Notes under the pieces: generated by a model
What the model was told of the DNA's origin: nothing
What the model saw: only the letters and a program-made list of their open reading frames with translations
The model's database searches: none
Made by a program: the position numbers and the translations under genes
In this document: piece after piece, positions 30,604 to 39,801 of the stretch
Layout of the letters: every line of letters begins with the position of its first letter
Numbering within the stretch: position 1 is the first letter of the stretch
NCBI GenBank assembly: GCA_963706545.1
Contig: OY970161.1
Span: 3,954,105 to 4,018,104, forward strand
DNA length: 64,000 bases
Direction of reading: 5' to 3'
From: an uncultured Solirubrobacterales bacterium
GTDB taxonomy: Bacteria; Actinomycetota; Thermoleophilia; Solirubrobacterales; Solirubrobacteraceae

Positions 30604-32208
30604 TTAGCGGTCCCCTGCGGGCGCGGGCGCGAGCTCGGCTGGCCCCGCCGCCACGGCGCCCGTGGGCGGTCCGGCAGGCTCTGTCCCTGTGGGCGATCCC
30701 GCGACTCCCGGCTGGCTCGCCCCCCCCACCAGCGTCTCGGCGACCAGCTCCAGGCCGACCCCGCGCGAGCCCTTCACGAGCACGTAGTCGCCCGCGCGCA
30801 ACAGCCCTGACAGAGCCTCGGCCGCCGCGGCGGCGTCCGCCACGCAGTGGACCTCTCCCTCGAATCCCTCCCCCACCTCACCCGCCAGGGAACCGACCGC
30901 GACCAGCAGCTCAACCCCCCGCGCGCGGGCGTACGCGCCGATCTCGCGGTGCAGGCGCCGCTCCTCGGGGCCCAGCTCGAGCATGTCGCCGAGCACCGCC
31001 ACGCGGCGCGCCGGCGCGCTCGCTGCGAGGTCGTCGAGCGCGGCGCGCATCGACATCGGGTTGGCGTTGTAACAGTCGTTGATCACCACGATCTCCTCCG
31101 GCAGTGCGATGCGCTCACCGCGCAGCGCCGAGAACCGCACTACCACCCTCCCCGCGGGGGTCACGCCGAGAGCGCGCGCGGCAGCCACCGCGGCCACCAG
31201 GTTGCGCAGGTTATGGGATTGGGCGAACGACGGCCTCACGCGGATGAGCCCGCCCTGCTCGCCGCCCGATGCAGCCTCCGCGGACGCGCACTCCCCACCG
31301 CCAGCGTGGTCGATGATCATCACCTCCCCATCCTCCCGGCGCTCCACGAGCTCCACGTCCCCGCCCTCTCCGAACCTCACGGTCTTCAGATCCTCGCGCA
31401 GGTGCACCGCGAGCAGCGGCTCACCGGCCGGCACCACCGCAGTCGCGCCCGGTGCCATGCCCGCGATCAGCTCCGCCTTCGCGGCCGCCACCGCCTCCAG
31501 CGACCCCAGCTGCCGTAGGTGCACTGGGCCCACGTTCACGATCACGCCCACCTCAGGCTCGGCGATCGCCGTCAGCTGCGCGATCTGCCCCCGCCCCCGC
31601 ATCGCCATCTCCAGCACCAGCACCCGCGTGCCCCGCGACGCGGCGAGCACCGCCAGCGGCAGCCCGATCTCAGTGTTGAGATTCGCCGGGCTCGCCACCG
31701 TCGGGCCGCCGAGCTCCGCTTCCGCGCCGCGTAGCAGCGCCGCGAGGATGTCCTTCGTCGAGGTCTTCCCCGTCGAGCCCGTGACCGCGACCACCTTCGC
31801 CCCCGCCTCGCCCAGCGCCCGCCGCCACGCGTGCGCGAGCGACTGTAGGCCGGCCAGCGGGTCGGGGTGGACGAGCACGGCGCCGCTGCCGGGGTCTGAG
31901 CCGCCAGGTGTGTCGGCGGGCCCGGCGGACGCAGCAGTGACGCCAGCCTCAAGGGATTCCGCGTGGGCGGGGCGCACCAGCACGCCCCATGCACCCGCGC
32001 TCAGCGCTTGCGCCGCGTAGACGCCGCCGTCCAGCCGCTCCCCCGGCAGGCCCACGAACAGGTCCCCTGGCTGCACGCTGCGCGAGTCGATACTCACGCG
32101 GCTCGGTCCTGCAGCGTCCACGCCGCCCGGGGTTGGTAGACCACTACCCGTGCGCACCACCTGCGCTCCCGCGGCCGCGGCCACCTGCGCCGCGTCCCAC
32201 TCGATCAC
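30604..32208 (-). CDS. murF: UDP-MurNAc-tripeptide--D-Ala-D-Ala ligase
   Basis: SIDSRSV, VTGSTGKTSTK, NLNTEIGLP, DCYNANPMSM, VLGDMLELG, VKGSRG. Confidence 0.96.
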   Translation of the reverse strand: MIEWDAAQVAAAAGAQVVRTGSGLPTPGGVDAAGPSRVSIDSRSVQPGDLFVGLPGERLDGGVYAAQALSAGAWGVLVRPAHAESLEAGVTAASAGPADTPGGSDPGSGAVLVHPDPLAGLQSLAHAWRRALGEAGAKVVAVTGSTGKTSTKDILAALLRGAEAELGGPTVASPANLNTEIGLPLAVLAASRGTRVLVLEMAMRGRGQIAQLTAIAEPEVGVIVNVGPVHLRQLGSLEAVAAAKAELIAGMAPGATAVVPAGEPLLAVHLREDLKTVRFGEGGDVELVERREDGEVMIIDHAGGGECASAEAASGGEQGGLIRVRPSFAQSHNLRNLVAAVAAARALGVTPAGRVVVRFSALRGERIALPEEIVVINDCYNANPMSMRAALDDLAASAPARRVAVLGDMLELGPEERRLHREIGAYARARGVELLVAVGSLAGEVGEGFEGEVHCVADAAAAAEALSGLLRAGDYVLVKGSRGVGLELVAETLVGGASQPGVAGSPTGTEPAGPPTGAVAAGPAELAPAPAGDR

Positions 32209-33767
32209 GCCGTCGCCCCGGCCACGTGCACACGGTGCCTGCGCAGCGCCTCACGAGCGACCGTCGCATCGTCGAAGGGCACCTTCCTCCCGTTCGCGAA
32301 CTCCTGGCCCTGCTCGTGGCCCTTGCCCGCGATGACCACCACATCACCGCGCTCCGCGACCGCGATCGCACGGTCGATCGCCGAGCGACGGTCAGCGATC
32401 GACTCGACCGGTAGCGTCCCGATCGCGCGGGTCTGTGTGGCGCCGTGCAGGATCTCGGCGATGATCGCCTCCGGGTCTTCCGATCGGGGGTTGTCGGAGG
32501 TCACGATCACGACGTCTGCCAGGCGAGCCGCCACCTCACCCATCAGCGGACGCTTGCCCCGGTCCCTGTCCCCGCCGGCGCCGAACACGCAGATCACGCG
32601 CCCCTCAGCCACTTCGTGCGCCGCGCGCAGCACGTTCTCCAGCGAGTCCGGCGTGTGGGCATAGTCCACCAGCACCGCGTACTCCTGGCCCTCGTTGACG
32701 GGCTCGAAGCGCCCCGGCACCCGCACCCCACGCTCCAGCGCCGCCACCAGCGTGGCGAGGTCCACGCCCAGCGAGTGGACGGCCGCGAGCGCCCCCACCG
32801 CGTTGGCGACGTTGAAGCGGCCCGGCAGCGGGAGCGCCACCTCGCGCCGGCCCTCGGTGGTGTGCAGAGTGAAGCGGCACCCCTGGAAGTCGCAGCACAC
32901 ACCGGTCGCTCGATAGGTGGCCCGGGACGCGACGTCCTCCAGCGCGGAGACCTCCCTGTCCGGTGTCCGCGTGAGCGCGGAGATCGCGCCGCCCGCCCCC
33001 TCCACCGCGAACGTCACCGCCCCCGGCAGCTCGGTCGCGAGCCGGCGCCCGTAGGGGTCGTCCACGTTGAGGACGCTCACACCCGGGGGCGTCGGCACGA
33101 ACAGCCGCCGCTTGGCCTGGAAGTACTCCTCCATCGTGCCGTGGAAGTCGAGGTGGTCCTGCGTCAGATTGGTGAAGATCCCCGCGGCGAAGCGCACCCC
33201 CGCGGCGCGTCCGAGCTCCAGGGCGTGCGAGGAGACCTCCATCGCGCACGCGCCCTCGCCCCCGTCGAGCATCGCGCGCAGGGCGGCCTGCAGATCGATC
33301 GCCTCGGGGGTCGTGCGGGACACCGGCCGCTTCTCCCCTCCGACGACAGACGTCACCGTGCCCAGCAGCCCGCAGGGGCGCCCGCCGGCTTCAAGCAGCG
33401 CCCGCACGAGGTACGCGGTGGTGGTCTTGCCGTTGGTGCCCGTCACCCCCACCACCTCGAGCGTGGCACTCGGGTCGCCATAGAAGCGCGCCGCCACCGG
33501 CCCCTCCGCCGCGCGCGCGGAGGGCACGAGAACCTCGGGCACCCCCAGCCCCAGCGGGCGCTCCACCACAAGCGCCGCCGCCCCCGCCGCCACCGCCTGC
33601 GCCGCGTGGTCGTGGCCGTCGCTGTGCCCGCCCGGCACGCAAAAGAACAGCGTCCCCGGCTGCACCCGCCGGCTGTCGTAAGCGAGACCCTCGATCTCCA
33701 CCGCCGCGGTCTCGCCCGTGACGCCACTCGCGCCTAGCCCGGCCGGGATGAGCTCAGCCAGCCTCAT
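32205..33767 (-). CDS. murE: UDP-MurNAc-dipeptide--diamino acid ligase (meso-DAP-type DNPR motif)
   Basis: GVTGTNGKTTT, TTPEAIDL, MEVSSHAL, NLTQDHLDFH, DYAHTPD, SDNPRSE, AGKGHE. Confidence 0.96.
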   Translation of the reverse strand: MRLAELIPAGLGASGVTGETAAVEIEGLAYDSRRVQPGTLFFCVPGGHSDGHDHAAQAVAAGAAALVVERPLGLGVPEVLVPSARAAEGPVAARFYGDPSATLEVVGVTGTNGKTTTAYLVRALLEAGGRPCGLLGTVTSVVGGEKRPVSRTTPEAIDLQAALRAMLDGGEGACAMEVSSHALELGRAAGVRFAAGIFTNLTQDHLDFHGTMEEYFQAKRRLFVPTPPGVSVLNVDDPYGRRLATELPGAVTFAVEGAGGAISALTRTPDREVSALEDVASRATYRATGVCCDFQGCRFTLHTTEGRREVALPLPGRFNVANAVGALAAVHSLGVDLATLVAALERGVRVPGRFEPVNEGQEYAVLVDYAHTPDSLENVLRAAHEVAEGRVICVFGAGGDRDRGKRPLMGEVAARLADVVIVTSDNPRSEDPEAIIAEILHGATQTRAIGTLPVESIADRRSAIDRAIAVAERGDVVVIAGKGHEQGQEFANGRKVPFDDATVAREALRRHRVHVAGATA

Positions 33768-33793
33768 CAGTGCACACGCCGCCTTCGCCTCAT
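33767..33793 (-). other. Candidate leaderless upstream mini-ORF MRRRRRVH coupled to murE
   Basis: TAGACT-N8-ATG AGG CGA AGG CGG CGT GTG CAC TGA; the stop overlaps the murE ATG (TGATG). Confidence 0.35.
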
Positions 33794-33916
33794 CGGCTCT
33801 GAGTCTAGTTTCAGCCCCCGACGCGCCCCGCGGACTCCTGCTTTTCAGGCCGCTGCGGCCCCCGGCACCCCAGGCGGGGGGCCAGCTCCGGGGGCTCGAC
33901 CGTCGCTCCAGGGCAC

Positions 33917-35410
33917 TCAGGCGAGGACCCGCTCCAAGGTCTCGCTCGCCGCCCCGGCGCCCGAGAACTCCATCGCGCCGTCCTCGAGCGCCCCGAACCT
34001 GAGGCTCACGATGTCGAGCGGATAGTTCTGGTGCAGCCGCCACGGAGCCTTCGACCCCTGTTTCGGGAACTGGTCGATCGAGCGCAGCACGTAGCCTGAG
34101 GCGAGGTCGATGAACGGCAGCTCGGCGACCGAAGGGTCCCGGTTGCGCGGCGTGCACTGCCGGTACCCGTGCTCGTCTTTATGTTTCAGCAGACGACACA
34201 CGTAGTCGTGGGTCAGGTCGCACTTGAGCGTCCACGAGGCGTTGGTGTACCCCGCCGTGAACGCGAGGTTCGGTACGCCGCTGAGCATCATGCCCTTGTA
34301 GCTCATCGTCTCGGAGAGCTTCACCTCGCGGCCGTCGACGGCGATCTGCATGCCTCCCAACGCCAGCAGGTTCAGGCCGGTCGCGGTGACGACCAGGTCG
34401 GCCTCCAGCTCGGTGCCGGAAGTGAGCTTCAGACCCCGCTCGGTGAACGTCTCGATGCGATCGGTGACGACCGACGCGCGACCCTCGCGGATCGCCTCGA
34501 AGAGATCGCCGTCGCGTACCAGGCACAGGCGCTGATCCCACGGGTTATACGTGGGCGTGAAATGCCTGTTGACGTCGAACCCCAGCGGGAGCTGGCGTTC
34601 GATGCCTTTGCGGATCAGCGCCCTCATCGCCTGCGGCCGGCGTCGCGAGAACTGAAAGCTCAGCATCATCAGCAGGACGCTCTTCCAGCGCATGACCGGA
34701 TACACGGCCCTGGCGGGCAGCCAGCGGCGCAGCGACTTGGCGAGCGGGTCTTCGGAAGGCAGCGAGACGACGTAGCTGGGTGAGCGCTGCAGCATCGTGA
34801 CGTGCGCGGCGCTCTGCGCCATCGCGGGGACGAGCGTGATCGCAGTCGCGCCGCTGCCCACCACGACCACGCGCTTGCCGGCGTACTCGACGTCCTCGCC
34901 CCACCGCTGCGGATGCACGATGCGCCCGGCGAAGCGCTCCGCGCCAGGGAGCTCCGGCGTATAGCCCTCGTCGTAGCGGTAGTACCCGCTGCACATCAGC
35001 AGGAAGCCGCAGCTCAGCCACACCGTCTCCCCGGTGTCGGTGCGCTCGGCCTCCACCGTCCACCGCGCATCCTCTGTGGACCACTCCGCGCGCACCACGC
35101 GGTGGTGGAAGCGGACCTTCTCCTCGACGCCATACTCACTCGCGGTCTGGCGCACATAGCTGAGGATCGAGGACCCGTCCGCGATCGCCTGCTCCCCCCT
35201 CCACGGCCGGAACGAGTAGCCCAGCGTGTACATGTCCGTGTCCGAGCGGATCCCCGGATACCGGAACAGATCCCACGTCCCGCCGATACTCTCGCGCGCC
35301 TCGAGGATCGCGTAGGTCTTGCCCGGGCACTTATCCTGCAAATGACACCCGGCGCCGATACCGGACAAGCCGGCCCCGACGATCAGCACGTCTACATGTT
35401 CGAACGGCAT
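33917..35410 (-). CDS. Flavin-containing monooxygenase, EthA/Baeyer-Villiger-like
   Basis: VGAGLSG, GGTWDLFRYPGIRSDTD, FAGRIVHPQRW fingerprint, GSGATA, MLQRSPSY. Confidence 0.92.
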   Translation of the reverse strand: MPFEHVDVLIVGAGLSGIGAGCHLQDKCPGKTYAILEARESIGGTWDLFRYPGIRSDTDMYTLGYSFRPWRGEQAIADGSSILSYVRQTASEYGVEEKVRFHHRVVRAEWSTEDARWTVEAERTDTGETVWLSCGFLLMCSGYYRYDEGYTPELPGAERFAGRIVHPQRWGEDVEYAGKRVVVVGSGATAITLVPAMAQSAAHVTMLQRSPSYVVSLPSEDPLAKSLRRWLPARAVYPVMRWKSVLLMMLSFQFSRRRPQAMRALIRKGIERQLPLGFDVNRHFTPTYNPWDQRLCLVRDGDLFEAIREGRASVVTDRIETFTERGLKLTSGTELEADLVVTATGLNLLALGGMQIAVDGREVKLSETMSYKGMMLSGVPNLAFTAGYTNASWTLKCDLTHDYVCRLLKHKDEHGYRQCTPRNRDPSVAELPFIDLASGYVLRSIDQFPKQGSKAPWRLHQNYPLDIVSLRFGALEDGAMEFSGAGAASETLERVLA

Positions 35411-35420
35411 CTCCGCCACT

Positions 35421-37127
35421 TTACCCGGCCGGGACGCCGAGGTACGGCAGCGCGAAGGCCATGATCTGGCCAAACGCCGGGGCGGCGACGGTGCCGCCGT
35501 AGATCGAGCCGCTCTGCGGTTCGTCGACGATCACCGCGCACTCCAGCTTCGGGTCGGAGGCCGGGGCGAAGCCCATGAACGAGGCCACGTACGCCGTTTC
35601 TGAGTATTCGCCGGTCGTGGGGTCCACCTTGCTGGCCGTGCCCGTCTTGCCCGCGAGCTGGTAGCCCGGGACCGAGACCTCGCTGGCGGTGCCCCCCGGA
35701 GCGAGCACCCCGCGCAGCATCTGGCGCACCTGCGCCGCGGTGCTCGCCGAGATCACGCGGTGGCCGGCCGGCAGCTGGGTCGGGTGGCCGTTCACCGCTG
35801 CAACGATGTGTGCTGGGCGCAGGATGCCGCCGTTGGCGATCGCCGCGTACGCCGTGGCCATCTGGATCGGGGTCACCGACTCGCCCTGGCCGATCGGCAG
35901 GTTGCCCATCGAGGAGCCCGAGTATTCGCTCGGCTGCAGCACCTGCCCCGTTTCCTCGCCCGGCAGTTCGATCCCCGTACGGGCCCCGAAGCCGAAGCGA
36001 TGCACCCACGCGTTGAAGCGGTCCTGCCCCTCCAGCGCCCCGATCTTGATCGCCCCCACATTGCTCGACTGCGCGAGGATCTGCGCCGTGCTCAACATCT
36101 CTTCGGGGTGTTCCTCCGCGTCGTGGATCGTGCGGTCGGCCACCTGGATCTCGTCGGGGACGTCGAATTCCGTGTTCGGTGTGATCAGGTTTTCCTGCAG
36201 CGCCCCCGAGACCGTCACCGCCTTGAAGGTTGAGCCTGGTTCGTAGTCGAAACTCACCGCGCGGTTCTCCAGTTCTTCCTCGGAGCCGACCTCCGCTTTG
36301 TTCGGGTTCATCTGCGGCCAGTTCGCCATCGCCAGCACCGCACCCGTGTCCGGGTTCATCACGATCGCCGTCGCGTCGTGCGGGTGAAAGACCCGGCCCA
36401 CCGCGCTCAGCACCGCTTCGCTGCGCTGCTGGATGTTCGCGTCGAGCGTCAGCCGCAGTTGCGCGCCCGGCGCTTCGCGGCGCACATTGGCGATCGACAC
36501 CGGCTGGCCCCGCGCGTCGCTGACCACCCGCCGCTCGCCCGCCTTCCCGCGCAGAGCCGCGTTGTCCGCGTATTCGAGACCCGACAGCCCTTCCCCGGCG
36601 GTTCCCCCGTTGACCCCCAGCACCTGCCCCGCCAGCGCGCCCCGGGGGTACACCCTGCGCGTCGTCGGCGTGGCCGTCACCCCGGGGACGTTCAGCGCCA
36701 GCACCGCCTGCGCCTGCGCCGCCGGCAGCGCGCGCGCAAGGTACACGAAGCCGCTGCGCTCGCTCAGGTCGGTCAGCACCTGCGCCTGCGGGCGCCCGAG
36801 CAGCGGCGCCAGGCGCTCGGCGGCTTCCAGGGGGTCCTTGACCAGGTACGGGGTCGCCGAGATTTCGTCGGCCGGCTCGGAGATCGCCAGCACCGTCCCG
36901 TTGCGATCGGTGATCGTGCCCCGCTGGGCCGGCACCGTTTCATCGGTCACCTGCTGGGTGTGCGCCAGCCGGCGCAGCGCCGCGCCGTGCACCACCCCGA
37001 GGTACATGGTGCGCGCCGCGGCCACCGCCAGCAGCGCCACGAACACCGCGAACAGCGCCCCGATCCGGCGCTGGCCGAACTGGGGATGCGAGCGCAGCGA
37101 GTGTCTCCCTGTTCGGTCGCTCGCCAC
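35421..37127 (-). CDS. ftsI: Class B penicillin-binding protein FtsI
   Basis: RGTITDRNG, EPGSTFK (SxxK), SSNVG (SxN), GKTGT. Confidence 0.95.
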   Translation of the reverse strand: MASDRTGRHSLRSHPQFGQRRIGALFAVFVALLAVAAARTMYLGVVHGAALRRLAHTQQVTDETVPAQRGTITDRNGTVLAISEPADEISATPYLVKDPLEAAERLAPLLGRPQAQVLTDLSERSGFVYLARALPAAQAQAVLALNVPGVTATPTTRRVYPRGALAGQVLGVNGGTAGEGLSGLEYADNAALRGKAGERRVVSDARGQPVSIANVRREAPGAQLRLTLDANIQQRSEAVLSAVGRVFHPHDATAIVMNPDTGAVLAMANWPQMNPNKAEVGSEEELENRAVSFDYEPGSTFKAVTVSGALQENLITPNTEFDVPDEIQVADRTIHDAEEHPEEMLSTAQILAQSSNVGAIKIGALEGQDRFNAWVHRFGFGARTGIELPGEETGQVLQPSEYSGSSMGNLPIGQGESVTPIQMATAYAAIANGGILRPAHIVAAVNGHPTQLPAGHRVISASTAAQVRQMLRGVLAPGGTASEVSVPGYQLAGKTGTASKVDPTTGEYSETAYVASFMGFAPASDPKLECAVIVDEPQSGSIYGGTVAAPAFGQIMAFALPYLGVPAG

Positions 37128-37133
37128 CGCGCG

Positions 37134-37973
37134 CTACCCCCCCGGGGCCGCCTGGGTGCCCCCGCCCGCGCCGGCCGGCGCGCTCGCCGGCGCTTCGGAG
37201 GCTCCGCCCGTCGCGGCCGGCGTGCTCGCCGCTTCGGAGGCTCCGCCCGTCGCCGACGGTTCCGGAGTGGACGCAGCCGTCGTGGAGGGCGCCGTCGCCG
37301 TCGTGGCGGCCGGGGGACTCTCGCTTTCCGCCGGGGCGGGTGGGGTTTCCGTGGAAGCGCTCGGCGCAGACGTCGTCACTTCCGCGCTCGCCGTTTCGCC
37401 GCCGGTGGCGGTGCCCGTACTTGCTTCCATACCAGCGGTGGCGCTGGCGGCTGCCTGCAGCTGTGTGGGTTTGGTGAGCGCCGCCGCGGCGAGGCGCACG
37501 TCGAGCGGGCCCCGCACCGTGTCGAAGTGCAGCGCGCCCGGGGGCGCGGGCACCATGCCCTGGGCGGACGCCAGCTGTTCGATGCGTTCGGCAGAGGCCA
37601 GCGTCGAGTCTTCGATCGCCAGCGTCGAGTTTTCTCGCTGCAGCGTCGCCGCGTGCTCAATCGCGCGGCCGATACCCACGTTCAGCTTGACCACCCACAG
37701 CTGCGCCGCCACGATCCCGATCAGCGCGAACCCGACCACTGCGATCCACGCGCGCCCGCGGATCAGCCGATCAAGCAGGTGGTAGGGCAGGCGCTGCCCG
37801 GTGGGCGCAGGGGTGCGCGCGGCGGGGCGGGTGGGTCCGGAGACCCGCCGCGGACGCGCTGGCGGCCGCAGTGGCCGCGCGGGGCGGCCATGAGATGGCG
37901 GGCCACCCACCCGACGCCGCGGGCGAACCGCGGGGGCAGGCACGGCCACGGCCCCGGCGGGTGGCGGGGTCAC
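37134..37973 (-). CDS. ftsL: FtsL-like membrane protein with a long Ala/Thr/Pro tail
   Basis: Lies between rsmH and ftsI; one TM helix then a heptad region ending ERIEQLASAQGM. Confidence 0.65.
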   Translation of the reverse strand: MTPPPAGAVAVPAPAVRPRRRVGGPPSHGRPARPLRPPARPRRVSGPTRPAARTPAPTGQRLPYHLLDRLIRGRAWIAVVGFALIGIVAAQLWVVKLNVGIGRAIEHAATLQRENSTLAIEDSTLASAERIEQLASAQGMVPAPPGALHFDTVRGPLDVRLAAAALTKPTQLQAAASATAGMEASTGTATGGETASAEVTTSAPSASTETPPAPAESESPPAATTATAPSTTAASTPEPSATGGASEAASTPAATGGASEAPASAPAGAGGGTQAAPGG

Positions 37974-38034
37974 GCCACACCCCCAGGGCGCGCCCTCTCA
38001 GCCGATCCCACACTCGCAGGCCAGTTGGCTGCAG

Positions 38035-39009
38035 TCATCCCGCGCCTCCCTGGTTCCCCGGGTTCCCCGGCTTCTCTGCCAGCTTCCTCGCGGCGCGCAG
38101 CCGCGCCGAGGCCGCACGCGGGTTGTGCGCGAGCTCGCCCGCGGAGGCCGTGATCGCGCGGCGCGTGAGCAGCGCCGCCTGGGGCTCACGCCCGCAGGCA
38201 CACACGGGCAGGTCGGGCGGGCAGATACAGCCCCGGGCGCGCTCGGCGAGGAAGCGCTTCACGCGCCGGTCCTCCAGCGAGTGGAAGGAGATCCCGGCGA
38301 GCACCCCGCCCTCGCACAGCAGCTCCCACGCCAGTGGCAGCCCGCGGTCGAGCTGGCCGAGCTCGTCGTTGACGGCGATCCGCAGCGCCTGAAAGACCCG
38401 CTTGGCGGGGTGCCCGCCGGCGAAGCGCGCGGGGGTGGGGATGGCAGTGTTGACGATCTCCACGAGCTCGTGCGTGGTCTCGATCGGCGCCCGTTCGCGG
38501 CGGCGCACGATCGCGCGGGCGATCGCGCCCGCGTGGCGCTCCTCGCCGAGCTCGCGCATCATCGCCGCCAGGCGGCGCTGCTCCCAGGTGGCGAGCACCT
38601 CGCGGGCGTCGAGCTCCTGCTCGGGATCCATGCGCATATCGAGCGGCGCGTCGTAGGAGTAGGAGAAGCCGCGCTCGCGGGTGTCCACCTGCATCGAGGA
38701 CATCCCCAGGTCGAAGTACGCCACGTCCGCACGCACCCCCTCGCTCGCGAGCAGTTCCAGCGCTTCGGCATACCCGCTGTGGATGAAGCGCACCGCGCAC
38801 GGCACCTCCTCGGCGAGCTCCGCAAAGCGCTCCTCGGCCTCGGGGTCGCGGTCGATCGCCACCAGCATCCCCTCCGCGCCCAGGCGCTCGGCCACCAGGC
38901 GAGCATGACCGCCGCCGCCGAAGGTGCAGTCCACCGCGATCTGCCCCGGATGAGGATCGAGCACGCCGATCAGCTCGCCAGCCAGCACCGGGATATGGAT
39001 GCTTGTCAT
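38035..39009 (-). CDS. rsmH: 16S rRNA C1402 methyltransferase RsmH
   Basis: HIPVL, DCTFGGGGHA, DLGMSSMQ, RGFSY, PLDMRMD, FQALRIAVN, SFHSLEDR. Confidence 0.98.
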   Translation of the reverse strand: MTSIHIPVLAGELIGVLDPHPGQIAVDCTFGGGGHARLVAERLGAEGMLVAIDRDPEAEERFAELAEEVPCAVRFIHSGYAEALELLASEGVRADVAYFDLGMSSMQVDTRERGFSYSYDAPLDMRMDPEQELDAREVLATWEQRRLAAMMRELGEERHAGAIARAIVRRRERAPIETTHELVEIVNTAIPTPARFAGGHPAKRVFQALRIAVNDELGQLDRGLPLAWELLCEGGVLAGISFHSLEDRRVKRFLAERARGCICPPDLPVCACGREPQAALLTRRAITASAGELAHNPRAASARLRAARKLAEKPGNPGNQGGAG

Positions 39010-39060
39010 GTCGATAGTGCCTAGCACGAGACGAGAGGTCTCCGCCTCATCCTGGGCATG

Positions 39061-39501
39061 TCAAGCAGCATGATCCACACGCGCGGTGATCTCCGCGACG
39101 CCGCTCAGCAGCGTCGGTCGGTGCTCGTTCCAACGGTCGCGGTCCCACAGCTCCAGGCGGTCCCCGGCGCCGACGACCACGACCTCCTTGCTCAGCCCCG
39201 CATGCTCGGCGAGGAAGCCGGGGAGCATGATGCGCCCTGCTGAGTCCAGCTCGACGTCCTGGGAGCTGCCGTAGAAGAACCGCTCGAGCTCGGCCAGTCG
39301 CGGGGAGAGCGGGTCCAACTGCGCCAGCGCGCGCTCGGTGTAGCGCTCGTACTCCTGCGGGCGCCACACCCCGATGCATGGCTCGAGGTCGACGGGCATC
39401 GCCATCACCACTCCCTCCGCCAGCGTCGCGCGGTAGCGCGCCGGGACCGTGAGGCGGTTCTTGACGTCGAGCGTGTGGTCGAAGGTGCCACGGAAAGCCA
39501 C
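39061..39501 (-). CDS. mraZ: Division/cell wall cluster regulator MraZ
   Basis: FRGTFDHTLDVKNRLTVPARYR, LDSAGRIMLP, VVGAGDRLELWD; GTG start at 39501. Confidence 0.95.
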   Translation of the reverse strand: MAFRGTFDHTLDVKNRLTVPARYRATLAEGVVMAMPVDLEPCIGVWRPQEYERYTERALAQLDPLSPRLAELERFFYGSSQDVELDSAGRIMLPGFLAEHAGLSKEVVVVGAGDRLELWDRDRWNEHRPTLLSGVAEITARVDHAA

Positions 39502-39527
39502 TTGAGAGGCTCCTGATCCAGTCGTTG

Positions 39528-39570
39528 GAGCCGAGGTGGAGAGGTGGGAGGAGCCTCTCCACCTCGGCTC
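39528..39570. repeat. Perfect 17 bp inverted repeat upstream of mraZ
   Basis: gagccgaggtggagagg-N9-cctctccacctcggctc. Confidence 0.9.
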
Positions 39571-39584
39571 GTTCCCGGCAAAGT

Positions 39585-39635
39585 ACCCCACTTTCCCCCA
39601 CAACGCAACCCCAATTGCACATTTTTCCCCACTTT
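39585..39635 (-). promoter_or_regulatory. MraZ-box-like GTGGG direct repeats
   Basis: GTGGG boxes on the minus strand at 39628-39632, 39597-39601 and 39587-39591, the last two 10 bp apart as in known MraZ binding sites. Confidence 0.7.
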
Positions 39636-39801
39636 CCCTCTCCGACGCCCTCCTTATGCCCAAAAATCCCTGCACCTCGCTGGTTTTCAAGGCGTCGTGC
39701 AAGGAGCCTCCGAGTGCGCCAAAAGCTGCAAACGGGGCTGCAGGGCCGCGATCTGCGAGGCAAGTTGCAAGTTCGCCGGTCGTGGGCATACGATCTCTTT
39801 C

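Noticed and set aside
37134-37330. Repeats in the FtsL-like and FtsQ tails as functional arrays
   Set aside because: Short in-frame duplications in disordered Ala/Thr/Pro tails, which are common in actinobacterial division proteins.
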